From: Ylistrum balloti
Taxonomy: Eukaryota
DNA length: 64,000 nt
NCBI RefSeq assembly: GCF_031769215.1
Contig: NW_026781909.1
Coordinates: 1,054,001 to 1,118,000, forward strand
Direction of reading: 5' to 3'
A model generated the notes under the pieces. That model searched no databases, was not told the DNA's origin, and worked only from the letters and a program-made list of their open reading frames with translations. The position numbers and the translations under genes were made by a program. Positions 23,519 through 36,703 of the stretch are shown piece by piece. Numbering within the stretch: the stretch's first letter is position 1; every line of letters begins with the position of its first letter.

Positions 23519-25429
23519 TCAACTGTCTTTCCGACTCAGGAAGGTTTTTATAAACTCTGAAAAAAGATACAAAATCATAACATCATTCTGTTAAAAACTA
23601 ACATTATTGTTCACCAAAGATTTCACGTAAGGTAATTTTTATGTGTTTTTATAATGATACCAAAACGGATGTTTTGATCAAACTGGAGGAGAAAAAGAAA
23701 TAATCATTATTTACACTTAATCTAGAATGGCTATATTACCTTCGTAATTTATCAACCCTTTTCCGTCCACACGTGCATCTTGTAGGATGTCGTCTACTTC
23801 ATCAACTTCCAGCTTTTCTCCACAGTTCGATAGGATTCGTCGAAAATGCTCCTCTGATATCTTATCGTCGCCATCTTGGTCAATCATCTGGAATGCTGCC
23901 TTCATATCTTCAGCATGATTTACATTGGTTGGTATCAATTTTTTGAATGATGTAAACAAAGACAAAAACTCGGGAAACGTAATTCGTCCGGTTTCTGAAA
24001 GACCAAACAAAAATACAATGGCATGACAAATTTCAATAGAGAATTAGCTTTGGGTACAGTATAGCGTAATAAAACGTAAACCGTATCATAAATCTGTTCT
24101 ATTTTTTTAAAGTTTGGAGGTGACTGAAGAAAGGAAGAACAAAGTCTGACTGGGGAGTTGAAAAGAAAATATACCGTTATCATCCGATTCCTGTGCTGCC
24201 TGCTGCAGTTCCTTAATTTGAGCCTCGGAAGGGCAATGCCCAAGTGAACGCAATACTAATCCCATTTCCTCCATAGCTATAGACCCATCTCCATAGGAGT
24301 CCAGCAAAGCAAATGTTTCTTTCATACCTGTATAGAATGTTGTTAACATGATCAATAGGACAGCACAACAGAAATGATCATCTATATACGATATATTTCA
24401 CATGGTATGTTGTATATGGCTCCGATTTCTTTTTTATAAACCTATAATGATTCAAACCCATATACAGCAATACGGTATCCTCTTTATTTCTCATCTACGG
24501 AAAGAGCCGAGTGTTCCCGATTGTCTCTACAATTGAATTGTCTGGAACCTTTACTTATATTGTAATGGTGTACCGAATTAACATGTGTACACCTTTCCAT
24601 GCTGAATACCAATCAGATTTATGATTTTATGGATGGTATTTACTTACCGTCAATTTCATTCGCCTGTTGCTGTTTAGTCGTCTGAAAAAAGGAATACAAC
24701 ATTTCGGTATTTTCTTTATTTAACTAGCGATATACGAGTATTGAATATACTGGTTATCAGCGACATATTGTTTTACCATCCGTAATGCATACATTGCGTT
24801 TGCGTTTTGAGCAACAAATGTGAACAAATGTCCTGCTTGAGCTTTCAGATAAAGCTTAATTTGAACAGCTACATTTTCAATAAAGGCATTATGTGAAAGA
24901 GGCTCAATGTACGATATGAAAAATCTTTACATAGAAATCCTCGAAAAGGTAACAGAAGAGCAACAGCAAGTTTTCTTGAAGGGCAAACGTCTGACATCCG
25001 TCTGTAAATCTTAGTCGATTCTAAATTAACATGGTTGATCAGGCAGACTTTGGAGCATCAAACACACTTTCGTTGTTTTCTTCGTTGTCTTCATCACACG
25101 TTATAAGGAGAATATTACAAAATAAGACAACGACCATAAAATATCCCCATAGCCTTCATCAACTTGCATCTGTCAAAGCCCTGTGTAGTAAGTCTACGAA
25201 AATCGTAACATTGGGAACAAGCCTATGGATTTCGTTTCATTTGTAGACGACTTGCAGCTTAAGTAAACGGAAATAAATGGCTCAAGATGAAAGTAGAGTT
25301 ACAAGAAGGATAATTCTTCCTGAAAAAAAACATAAAACAACACACAGACATTCATCTACATTTTGTATCAACTATACCCTGTAATCTTTACGATGGTAAT
25401 GCATGTTAAGGTGATGTTATAATTACCAT
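23519..25429 (-). CDS. Calmodulin-like gene C, 160 aa, strongly diverged EF-hands
   Basis: Exons: ATG 25429-25427 (ATG|GTAATT, tentative); 24681-24648 (TTKQQQANEID); 24327-24175 (153 nt, GMKETFALLDSYGDGSIAMEE...); 23994-23740 (255 nt); 23556-23519 (EFIKTFLSRKDS*). In frame, with GT-AG introns at calmodulin positions. Confidence 0.85.
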
Positions 25430-26364
25430 TTCCACTTCGGTCAACTTAAGAGGCAGGAACGGAGGCCATCAGTTATACATAACATCTAGTTCTACAGAAT
25501 ATTACCACGTGTTATAAGGAAACAACACTAAAACATACACATACACACATGATTTGTATTAGATTTACACCCCGGCGAAGAGTACCTCGTGGACTATTTA
25601 CAAATCAAGTCATGCAGTCCATTGAATTTTAAAAAGCCTGACAATGAAGGGTAACAAGCACAACACATCGTCGATACAAATATACACCAGTGTTGAGGGT
25701 TATGTACCGTCAATTCCAGTTGTTGCAAGTTATTGCTTAATACAAGTGTATCTTTACTATATTTATTGAGTAAGCATGTCATCATGAAATTATTTCTCTC
25801 AGCATTTGTTTGGTGAAGGTGACAGATATGTTTCAACTAATCTTCATTTAAACAGATGCAATAAAGGTCAGGGTTCCGAGTATTTTTATGCTTCTGTTTT
25901 TTTATAATTATTTTAACTTTTTTTTCATGTGGAATTATGACTTTACTTACTTCGATTGACCAGAATTTGCGTGTAATAGCGGGTGTAGTCGAGAAAGCTT
26001 ACTCTTCAGGAACACCTCGTCTTACCCTCCTTGTAAGTTTTTCATTCACATTTTGCTCTAGTTTTATGGAATTTGAGTTTGGATTATGATTTTGGTAGTT
26101 TTCTTTTTCATCATCCTTTTGTATTTTCATCGTTGATGCTGTTACTCTCGATACAGATTTGGTATCCTGTTTGAACTTGTGTTTTTAGTATACACCCAAG
26201 AGGGAAACGACCAATCAAATACTCAAAACATTCTAAATTTTAACAAGGTCGAGCTATAGATATACATAGATATTATAATAGACATATTTATTTTTAAAAT
26301 TGCGAATCAAGCTTATACCTTACATTACATTATTGTCTGGTAAATATCCACAAATTAATGCATA

Positions 26365-26437
26365 GACTGACCGGGAAATCGAACCCATGTCGTCTAGCTG
26401 TAGAGCCAGTACGTTACCAAAACATCACCCGAGTACC
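26365..26437 (-). repeat. tRNA-derived fragment (SINE-head-like)
   Basis: Minus strand GGTACTCGGGTGATGTTTTGGTAACGTACTGGCTC...GGGTTCGATTTCCCGG with a B-box. Confidence 0.4.
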
Positions 26438-26778
26438 AATCAATAGATATAAACTGAATCTTTGAAATATTTAGATTGCAAAAAAATTATTACTATATAA
26501 CATATCATTCTGCCAGCAAACCACCGAAAATACTGTTGATATTGATATCGTGAATAACATATACCACATTCATATCTCAAACAAATTCAAATGTCTTGGT
26601 CTTCTTAATGGAAACCTGGTGCGATTGATCATTTGATACCCTATTTGATTCGACTTATAGAGAATTATTGAAAAATTATTAAAGTCATCATTTTTGTGTC
26701 TTTTGAATGAATTCGAATGTACTAAAACAATTGTTATATGTATATATCTGACCCGATGTGTATATATGTGTATATATA

Positions 26779-27675
26779 CTACATTTTTAAAATTCTTTTG
26801 ATTACGCTTGATGAAATAAATCTGGTTAATTCTATAAATACATTTATCATCATTTATAATCATCACTATCGAATTTCTGTACTATAACTACATGTTTGTT
26901 ATCAAATCTTTATTCAAACTTGATACCGTTGTCAGATTTGGGATGTATGTTCACTTCCCCATCGATGTGACAATAATTACAAGGGTTTTTCTAGCCGCAG
27001 TTGATTCGATATTCAAAGGCCTGCTGACATTATCACAATTTTCGCGCAAAGATTCGTCCAATGACGGACAGACAAGGTTTCAAAAGAAGTCGGCTGATGA
27101 AAAGTTTGGTCGTTATCGTGATCTCATTTAGAATTAATCTATTTCTTTGTGCGATAGGAAGCATTGGATGCTCTGTAATTTTACCTGTTGATTCCGTTGT
27201 TGTTCTCATCTTAAGCATGACATTAGTCTTTGACTTAGTTGAATTGACCAAGCTTTATGAAGCAGAAAGCTCCTGGACGGAACACTTGGTCTTATGATCC
27301 TTGTGTGTTTTCATTACTCTCAATGTAAACAATTATTTTGTTCATATTTTGCCCTAGTTTCATTGAATTTGAGTTTTGATCATGATTATGTTGAAAATGA
27401 CTATTTTCTTCTCTCCCCATCCCCCCCCTCAACCACCTTTTCCATTTCACTTTCAATTTTGCCAGTTAAATCTCATAGAAGGATAAACCATTGTCTGTTT
27501 GACTAAATTCAAATCCGTTTGTACTTCTAATTTCTTCGCTATTGTCCGGTCCTTACTAAAATGACAATTCAATAATAATAAAAAAAAATAAATGAATAAA
27601 CAACAAACTACATTTTTACAACTCTTTTTATTACGCTTGATGAAATAAATCTGGTTAATTTTATAAATACATTTA
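26779..27675 (+). mobile_element. Retro-type insertion of about 760 bp flanked by 68-bp direct repeats
   Basis: Near-identical ctacattttta...attacgcttgatgaaataaatctggttaatt.tataaatacattta at 26779-26846 and 27608-27675. The interior carries the dispersed-repeat motif (gaacacttggtctta...ttttgccctagtttcattgaatttgagtttt) and ends in an A-rich run. Confidence 0.55.
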
Positions 27676-27862
27676 CAGATTGATTAACAATATGAACATG
27701 GTTTTAACTATGTATTTTTAACGATGTATTTGCATGATTTCATCATGAAACAATATCTTCGATAACTTTTAACCAGGATTGGTCCCCTAAACAAAGTCAC
27801 ATTGCGTCTAGATTCCAGATGCATAAAAACTTGCGTATTCCTCCATAAACAATGCGGCCCTA

Positions 27863-30800
27863 TCACTGGTTTAACATCATTTGCTTGAATTCTGAAATTT
27901 AAACAGATAGTCGCCGTTTATTTCATTTTAAGGTATAAAGTGTTACTTAACTCCTCTCGTTTGAGTTGCCGTCTGGTTAATCGTAAAGGAATGTAATCGA
28001 TAAGAAATTGTTCATTTTTCCCGTTTTATACATACATATGAATTACATATATATATACACGTTACCATTGACTGTTTTCTTCGCTCTGACATCTTTGAGA
28101 ATTTATGTTTTCTCTTTTTATTGGTTTCAATGTATTTTTTTCTTCAACATGTTTTTAAAAAATATGCAAAATAAACATATCAATATTGCAATTTTCTTAA
28201 GAAAGAACAATTTTGTGAATATTGAAAAAGATGAAATACAAAAAAGTGTACTTGTATTAATTGTAGGTATTTCTCTCACCAATCCAATGAAAGGGAAATA
28301 AAAAAAATATTTAGCATGTTTCTGAAAAAATATCGGATAAAATTTCCAGCTTTTTCAGTAATGATTTCTGAAGGAAATGAAAAGCAATTGAATATGTTGT
28401 CATTCAGGACATGTGGTATTTACACAAACCTTCAAAATCTATCCTGTCGTCCTTGTTTATGTCAGCTTCATTCATCATAGCGTCTACCTCGGCATCTGTT
28501 AGTGACTCTCCTAGGGAGTTCATTACCTCCTTGAGCTCACTCTTTGAAATGCTGCCGTCACCATCCTTATCAAACACTTTGAATGCCTCAAATAAATCGT
28601 GATGTGGATCCGAAGATTGCATCTTTTTCATCATATTGAGGAATTCCGAAAATTCGATAGTACCATTTCCTGTATGATGATAATAAGTTAATAATAAGAT
28701 AGTCTTTATTAAACATTGTTTCAAATATATGAACCGAAAAACACCCAGACATGATTCTATTAGTATCCATGTACTTTCGTGCAAACCTTTGTATATCATC
28801 ATCATACATCTTTGGATAATACATTTGTTGGCATGTCAGCGTTTTCTGACTTAAATAAAACATCAATGAGTTTTTCAGCAATTAAAAACTGACAAAATGA
28901 AAGCTTCAGACGAATAGAACGTAATATAAGGTAACAGTTATATGTAATTCTGCAAAGATGAAATGAGGGGTCGAAAAGAAGAAAACCAACAACGCTTCCC
29001 TCATCCTCTCCCCTTCAAAATGGTCACATACTCATCTTAGCTTTTTACATGGTAGCGGCCTTGATTCGGAAAAAGATCTTGTTACTTGTGCATGTGACCT
29101 TCATTGTGTTAAACGTTCGTTTGTATACCTGCTGGTTTGTTTGACGCTACTCCAGCTCCCACTTTGATAGCATAGCAGTATTTAGATATGATGGCCTACT
29201 TGATGTTGGCTGTCGAAGAAGCAGATCATCATTACTTACATGGTCTCCTCGTTATTTTCATGGGTCTGTGTAAGTAGTTATACGTATTCCGTCATTTCGA
29301 TACAAAACAATATTTGTTTTATTTCAGACGTGTAAAGCAATGAAATTACCATCGGAATCTGCTTCATTTATCATGTCGCAAAGTTCCTGTTCTGTTGGTT
29401 TTTGCCCGAGGGATCTCATCACTGTCCCAAGTTCGTTTTCTGACACCCTTCCATCTTTATCTTTATCAAAAAGATTAAACGCCTCTTTGTACTCTGAAAA
29501 TAATACATGTATGTATTGCGTATGCATTGAAAAATGAAGCAAAGTAATATTTCCACCAAAGACCAAAATTTATCTACATATCTAGTGTATCTATATATGT
29601 AAACCAAGACCTTAGTTATCGGTATGAGTAAAGAGATGTGCTAAATGTTATTGCGAATACTCTTTTCAATCTCTGTTAACGAGTTCGTGTTATTTCATCT
29701 CAAAACTTGCACACCAAGATGATTCTGAAGAAGAAAAGATCTCTCCAGTGCCTATAATGATTTAAATTTTTTAACTTTGAAGAATTTGCGACCAAGGTCA
29801 GCAATATTACAGATTTATTAGAGAGTTCATCAAATTTTTCTATTTGTTTTTGTTTAACAAAGTATGTGCTTACAAAATATAGATGATGCTTAACAAAATT
29901 TGGTATGTCTGCACACACTTTAGCAATCGAATCTCATGTCATAAAAATATCAAGCAATAGGATATTGCACATTACATGATGATTCTAATTATTTCGACCA
30001 GCTTAAGACAAAACGTAATTCTACAGGCTTCAGCAGGGTTAAAACCAGTACTGGAACTTACCCTAACGATCGCATATTTTAAATCTTTTCTTCTTTGAAG
30101 GAATATTTCGGTAAAGATTGCTTCTATACAAGAGGTATTCTTAAGAGGTTAGCCGATCAAATAAATTTCATAAGCCTTGCATGATTGATAAGTTTTCTTT
30201 TTTGGCTTCAGACTAAAATGCGGGGAAAATGCGTAAAATGCATAAAAAATAGATAGAAATACATTTTGATATTAATAAATATCACTATGCAGACAGACAA
30301 AATGCGCTCATCAATGTCAGCTGTGCTTTGCTAGACATTTATGAAATTTTGCGATGCAAACTAATGATGGTAAAGCAAATAAACGCGAACAAAAATTATA
30401 ATGTTCTTATTTACCAAAATGATACAAAGGTAAATCCTCCCCTAGTCCCAAGTTAAATCCTTCAATTTGACTTTCAGGTATGTTGATGACTTATATAACA
30501 AGTGATTTATTGATGTTATATATACCCACCAGAACAGGAAATTAAGAACTCTTCTACAACAGCCACTTACCTCATTCTTTTCTGATAATGAATTCGAAAG
30601 GAACAGCTTTCTATCAAGCTGTATGATGAACATGCTGATTTCAATTTCCGTATTGTGAATTTTCCATTTCTGGACAGCAACACTCCTACATCTCTAATCT
30701 ATGGTGTGTAAACACCGCAGCTTATTCGACATTCATGGACTTATTTAGAGTATCACGACAGAAACACACAACACAATGTTGTGAGAGATGCAGTTTGATG

Positions 30801-31883
30801 GAGATTATGGGGAAGTGACCTAATTTGAAATGCATTCATTTTGCGATAGTTGAACGTGTTTGGTGATCATGAGTGTGCTGAATGCACCTAGCTCTCATTT
30901 GAGAACATGTCATTACTTATTTGATTGACCATAATTTACAATACGGGTGTCGTCGATGAAGTAGCAGACGCTTATCGCTCCAGAACTTCTGGTCTTACTG
31001 TCTTTGTACTTATTTAGAAGTATCCGCATAACTTTTGCTCTTGTTTTCCTCATAGTTTCATTGACCTTGTGTTTGAACTAATATTTTATTTTAATTTTAT
31101 TTTACTATTTTATTTTTGTTGTTTTGTTGTTTTTATTGCTGTTTCCCTTCCTCTTTACCGTATTACGCAACATATTTGAATTAATGACAAGTAGACATAT
31201 ATTTAAGTACAACATCAAAAACCTATCTGTAAGCCTGTAATACACACATGTACGATTCTGTTGACATGTTGGTTTTTCTTACATCATATAGAATGCATTT
31301 GTGATTCCAATGATTCCAAATTTAATCAAGTGTACGTGATTAGTGCTCATCATATACAACCCGTATGACAACATAATGTATAACATATTTATGTTAAACA
31401 ATTCCTTGACAGTTATAATGATATTGAATAATATATATGAATCCTATCTTACCTGCAATTTCACTTTCTGAAAGATCTTCCTGGATATAAGAAAAGAAAA
31501 CATGATGTAGAAGAGGATAACATATGAATGCCTATATGCATCAGATTTGTTTCTATTATGTATAAATTTTTTGATCGAATTATCAAAAGGGTCATTTTAC
31601 CTAACGCTAACTCAACATTAAATTTCACACAGGATGAGAGATGTTTGCTGCAATTTCAAGAACAAGCCAATACAATCATATAATACGACGGAATATATCC
31701 CCAAGATATAATCAGCAGTTATACGACTGTAAACATTGGTCGTATGTTGATCAGGTGCACGTCCTTAAGAAATTGTAATCCGTACCATAATTTTCATTCT
31801 TATGCGATAAAAATTAATTCAAATCAATATGCATGCGAATCACGACCGAACGTGCTTATAAACACAAAATAAACACTTACCAT
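27863..31883 (-). CDS. Calmodulin-like gene D, 147 aa, four near-canonical EF-hands
   Basis: Exons: ATG 31883-31881 (ATG|GTAAGT); 31480-31453 (EDLSESEIA); 29493-29350 (144 nt, [37 protein letters not shown]...); 28669-28430 (240 nt); 27891-27863 (EFKQMMLNQ*). Confidence 0.92.
30540..31070 (+). pseudogene. Decayed Penelope-like RT C-terminal fragment plus 3' terminal repeat
   Basis: Translates [38 protein letters not shown] (about 30612-30730). It is followed by cgggtgtcgtcgatgaagtagcagacgcttatcgctccagaacttctggtct, the dispersed terminal motif. Confidence 0.7.
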
Positions 31884-32869
31884 AATATCAGAAGGACTGA
31901 GGACAGACTCCAGTCAGTGGTTATATTCACATGCACGAATATCTACAAACAACCACTAGTATATATTTCTGTTTTATCAAATAAGATTCTTGTTTTGATG
32001 GTCTTTAATCGACGGCACTGTTCTTAAGTTTAAATGATTGCGCACCGGTAGATAACAATGAAACAATCATACCGCAACACTCTAGTGATTTTAAATGACG
32101 CCTTTGTAAGAAATTATCTTAAACTTTGTTGGTTAACGGCTTTTCAACAATAGCAAAGTATTGATTACCATTTAGTTGTCTTCACAGAACACATTGACCG
32201 TTGGTGCTCGTTTGACGTACATAGTCAATATCTAAAAGTCTACCGTTATATACCAACATGTCAACATGCCAAAGAAGGGAACGTCAGTATTTCTATAACA
32301 AACCTATTCAATTTTAAAATTGAATAATATATGTTTATTTCGCGATTATTCGTTTTTCCCTTTAGCGCTGCTACTGTCATCGAAACCTAACACGAAATGT
32401 TGATATTTTGAATGAAAGTGGATGGAATAACAGGGGAAAGGGGCACCATTTGACAGAAAAAAAGACATCCATTTCGACACCTGCAAACATAATCGGATAC
32501 GGTACCGCCTTCTGTTCTTACGTATCGGATTGATAATCCTACAGAAATGTGATAATCCAATCATCTAAGTTACTTGAATTCTTCATCAATTTACGTCTCT
32601 CGAGACCAAAAACGTCATTAAAATACCAACAATTCAACATGATCATAATTCAAACTCAAATTCAATAAAAGAAACATTTACACGTAGACTCCTGAAAAGA
32701 ACAAGGAAAATAAAATTAGGTGTTCCTGAAGAGTAAACGTCTTCTGCTTCATCGACAGCACTCGCCATGTAAACCTTGGTCAATCTTATTAAATAATGTC
32801 ACGTTTTCAAACAAGATCAAGGTATACGACAACGGAAACAAAAAGCGAACTAACGTGTATCAAACGCGC

Positions 32870-34328
32870 CAAGCTTCATATCGCACAAAGGAACCAACAG
32901 GTAAACTAACGAGTATCAAACGCGCCAAGCTTCATATCGCACAAAGGAACCAACAGGTAAACCAACGAGCATTAAACATGTCCAGCTTTATATCGCACAA
33001 CAGACCAGCAGAAAGACTAACGAGCACCATACACGTCCAGCTTTATATCACACAACGGAAACAACAGACAAACTAACGAGCATCAAACACGTCCAGCTTT
33101 ATATCGCACAACGGAACCAACAGACAAATTAACGAGCATCAAACATGTCCAGCTTCATATCACACAACGGAAACAACAGACAAACTAACGAACGTCAAAC
33201 TCTCCAAGCTTTATATCACACAACAGACCAGCAGAAAGACTAACGAGCACCATACACGTCCAGCTTTATATCGCACAACAGACCAGCAGAAAGACTAACG
33301 AGCACCATACATGTCCAGCTTTATATCGCACAACGGAAACAACAGACAAACTAACGAGCATCAAACATGTCCAGCTTCATATCACACAACGGAAACAACA
33401 GACAAACTAACGAACATCAAACACGTCCAGCTTCATATTGCACAACGGAACCAACAACAAACTAACGAGCATCAAACACGTCCAGCTTCATATCCCACAA
33501 CGGAACCAACAAACTAACGAGCATCAAACACGTCAAGCTTCATATCACACAACGGAAACAACAGACAAACTAACGAGCATCAAACACGTCCAGCTTCATA
33601 TCACACAACGGAAACAACAGACAAACTAACGAGCATCAAACACGTCCAGCTTTATATCACACAACGGAAACAACAGACAAACTAACGAGCATCAAACACG
33701 TCCAGCTTTATATCGCACAACGGAACCAACAGACAAATTAACGAGCATCAAACATGTCCAGCTTCATATCACACAACGGAAACAACAGACAAACTAACGA
33801 ACGTCAAACTCTCCAAGCTTTATATCACACAACAGACCAGCAGAAAGACTAACGAGCACCATACACGTCCAGCTTTATATCGCACAACAGACCAGCAGAA
33901 AGACTAACGAGCACCATACATGTCCAGCTTTATATCGCACAACGGAAACAACAGACAAACTAACGAGCATCAAACATGTCCAGCTTCATATCACACAACG
34001 GAAACAACAGACAAACTAACGAACATCAAACACGTCCAGCTTCATATTGCACAACGGAACCAACAACAAACTAACGAGCATCAAACACGTCCAGCTTCAT
34101 ATCCCACAACGGAACCAACAAACTAACGAGCATCAAACACGTCAAGCTTCATATCACACAACGGAAACAACAGACAAACTAACGAGCATCAAACACGTCC
34201 AGCTTCATATCACACAACGGAACCAACAGACAAACTAACGAGCATCAAACACGTCCAGCTTCATATCACACAACGGAAACAACAGACAAACTAACGAGCA
34301 TCAAACACGTCCAGCTTCATATCGCACA
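32870..34328. repeat. 56-bp tandem array (about 26 copies) with a 609-bp higher-order duplication, embedded in a dispersed repeat copy (about 32640-34500)
   Basis: Unit acaacggaaacaacagacaaactaacgagcatcaaacacgtccagcttcatatcac; period 56 (33541 and 33597). Identical ORFs at offset 609 (33311/33920 and 33438/34047). Confidence 0.92.
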
Positions 34329-36703
34329 AGAAAGACATATTTCTTCATTAGCTGTCTATGACGACCTTAGACTTCCCTATAATTTTCGTCAGTCTGCATA
34401 TGTCATTTGTCGACATCTTGAACGAAAATCGTGGTAATTGGAAAAGTACTTTGACTATCGAATCAACTGCGAAGTGTAAACCCCACAGGTTGGGAATGCA
34501 GGAATGTTGCTATAAAGAGATGGAAATTTACTATAGGAAAATGGAAACCAGCACGCTAATCATACAGCTTGATTGAAAGCTAGTTTGTTGCTAAATTCAA
34601 ATTTCGTATGTATCATAGTTTCTGGGATATAGACAAGAATAATGCTAGTAATAGTTTGTTTTGTGTAGTCGACACATATGAAATAGACCGAACGGTGTAG
34701 AAATAAAAACGTGCCCTCTCTGTCCTCTCTCTCAACCCCACAACCTTTTCGTGGATAAAGATTTTCGTGATAAGTGTATTACAAGAAGTTTGTGTCGATT
34801 AATTCTCGCGAAGCAAACTATTATAGTATATAGTTGGTTTACAGTAGAGACCTTTGTATCACATGTACTATTAATGTATAGAATATAATTTACATTGTAC
34901 AACACACTCAAGTGAATAGCACTTTTTAATGTATATTTAGAATCGGATATAGAAGAGCAAAATAACGAATTAAACCAAACATTTTTGTCTCGACCTTGAA
35001 AAGACTAACGAGGAAAACCCAAACTGATCGGTGGAATTTAAAAAAAAATAGATGGACAAATGCACTGGCAATAAAAACATTTCGTCATTTTCATACAACT
35101 GATCATTTCAAATTAACCTAAGTGCATGTACACCGTGCCACTAGCCAAATTAAAACATGGCATTCAGAGTACGACTAAACGTCCACAAGAAATGTCTACC
35201 AAAAAACAAACCGCGGTGATTATCACAGTAGCTCGATATTGATATGTATGTCCATTTGAAATAATGATTGATTATAGCTAGAACAAAACAGATCTTGTGA
35301 CATATCAAAGGATCTAATACCTCGGTATTATGCCTTTATTGAGATTTCTTCAGCTGCGTGAAGATATACATATTACGTAACAGTAATATTTATTTCACTG
35401 ATACACAGATAAAAATATCAACCCTACTGTCTCCTTAGTTGAAAAAATTATTCATTTACAGACGGGGATGTTATTTCACGTTTTTCCTATGATAGATGTT
35501 GTTGGTCTATTTTAAAATCAAATATATATCATTTATAACAAATAAGACTGTTATGGGACACAAAACATATTAAGGAGTCAAGAATGAAATTATTTTACAT
35601 TGTTCTGTCTCTATTAATCGAAATATACCTGGTACAAAATAAACTTTAGTATTCTTTGTGTTTACAAAACACCTTTAGAACCTTTTAACGTTTTGATATT
35701 TTCGATTTAATGACCTAATCTGTTAACATAGCATTTAAGCCAGACAGAGTGGTCTCCCGCCTTTTGTTTAACAAAGAGTAAGAACTGTGTGGTGATATCT
35801 GTGTGACTGGTAGCTATTTTTAGTAACTTATTTAGTCACATTACATCTCAGTTAAGTTTTCATTTTATATGAGATCTTAAACGAGTGTTAGAAGTGACTG
35901 TGTTATGTCTGCGAGTCATGGCGAGCAAAACTTAACGTGGCGTCTCACAAAATCCAACATGAAATGGAGATAAACCTAGGATATTTTTAAACATCATTTT
36001 GAAATCGATGTTGTTGCACCATTTTCAAATCATAATATAACGCCATTGGCCATATCATGTCATCAATATCGATTTCTGACTGGCATAGGAGAACATACGT
36101 TCTCCAGGATATATCACAGGAGTGACATAAACAAAACAATATTACATGAGCGAGTTCACCAAACAACTGGTGAATGATAAAACCATTAATATTAATTAAA
36201 TGGGAAATGTCTTAGTTCATACTGGAAAGGAAATTCATTTCGGTAGTTTTAATTTTCAGCGTTTCCGTGGATGGAATTTAAAACAAATTCATTTTCTAAA
36301 ATAAGATTGATAAAGAAACCGACTACTTCTGTAAACAGACCGCTGTTTAAGATTGTAAAGTTGCCGTTTTTACAGTACCCCTTTAATTATACCAATACTA
36401 TTTATATAACGAATAAACACTATAACAACATATAATAATTACTGAATTGTAGAATTTAATTGTCATTCAGTGTGTTTACATATGACCATGTGTATAGCAC
36501 CTCCATCTGTCGGCCACCACGAGCAAATAGGAATTTCCAGTGTGTAGACGTTGTGATAGATAGTTTGAGACATCACAATACCATCACTGGAGGCGTCAAG
36601 AAATCTTCAAGGGCGAGAACTCCTTAAATAAGCATGAACTAAGCCACTTACTGAGTTTATTCAAAGGACTTTCTGTCTGGCAGGAGGTAGTAGCTCACTA
36701 CCT

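Noticed and set aside
32720-34238. Gln/Thr/Asn-rich ORFs
   Set aside because: Translations of the 56-bp satellite.
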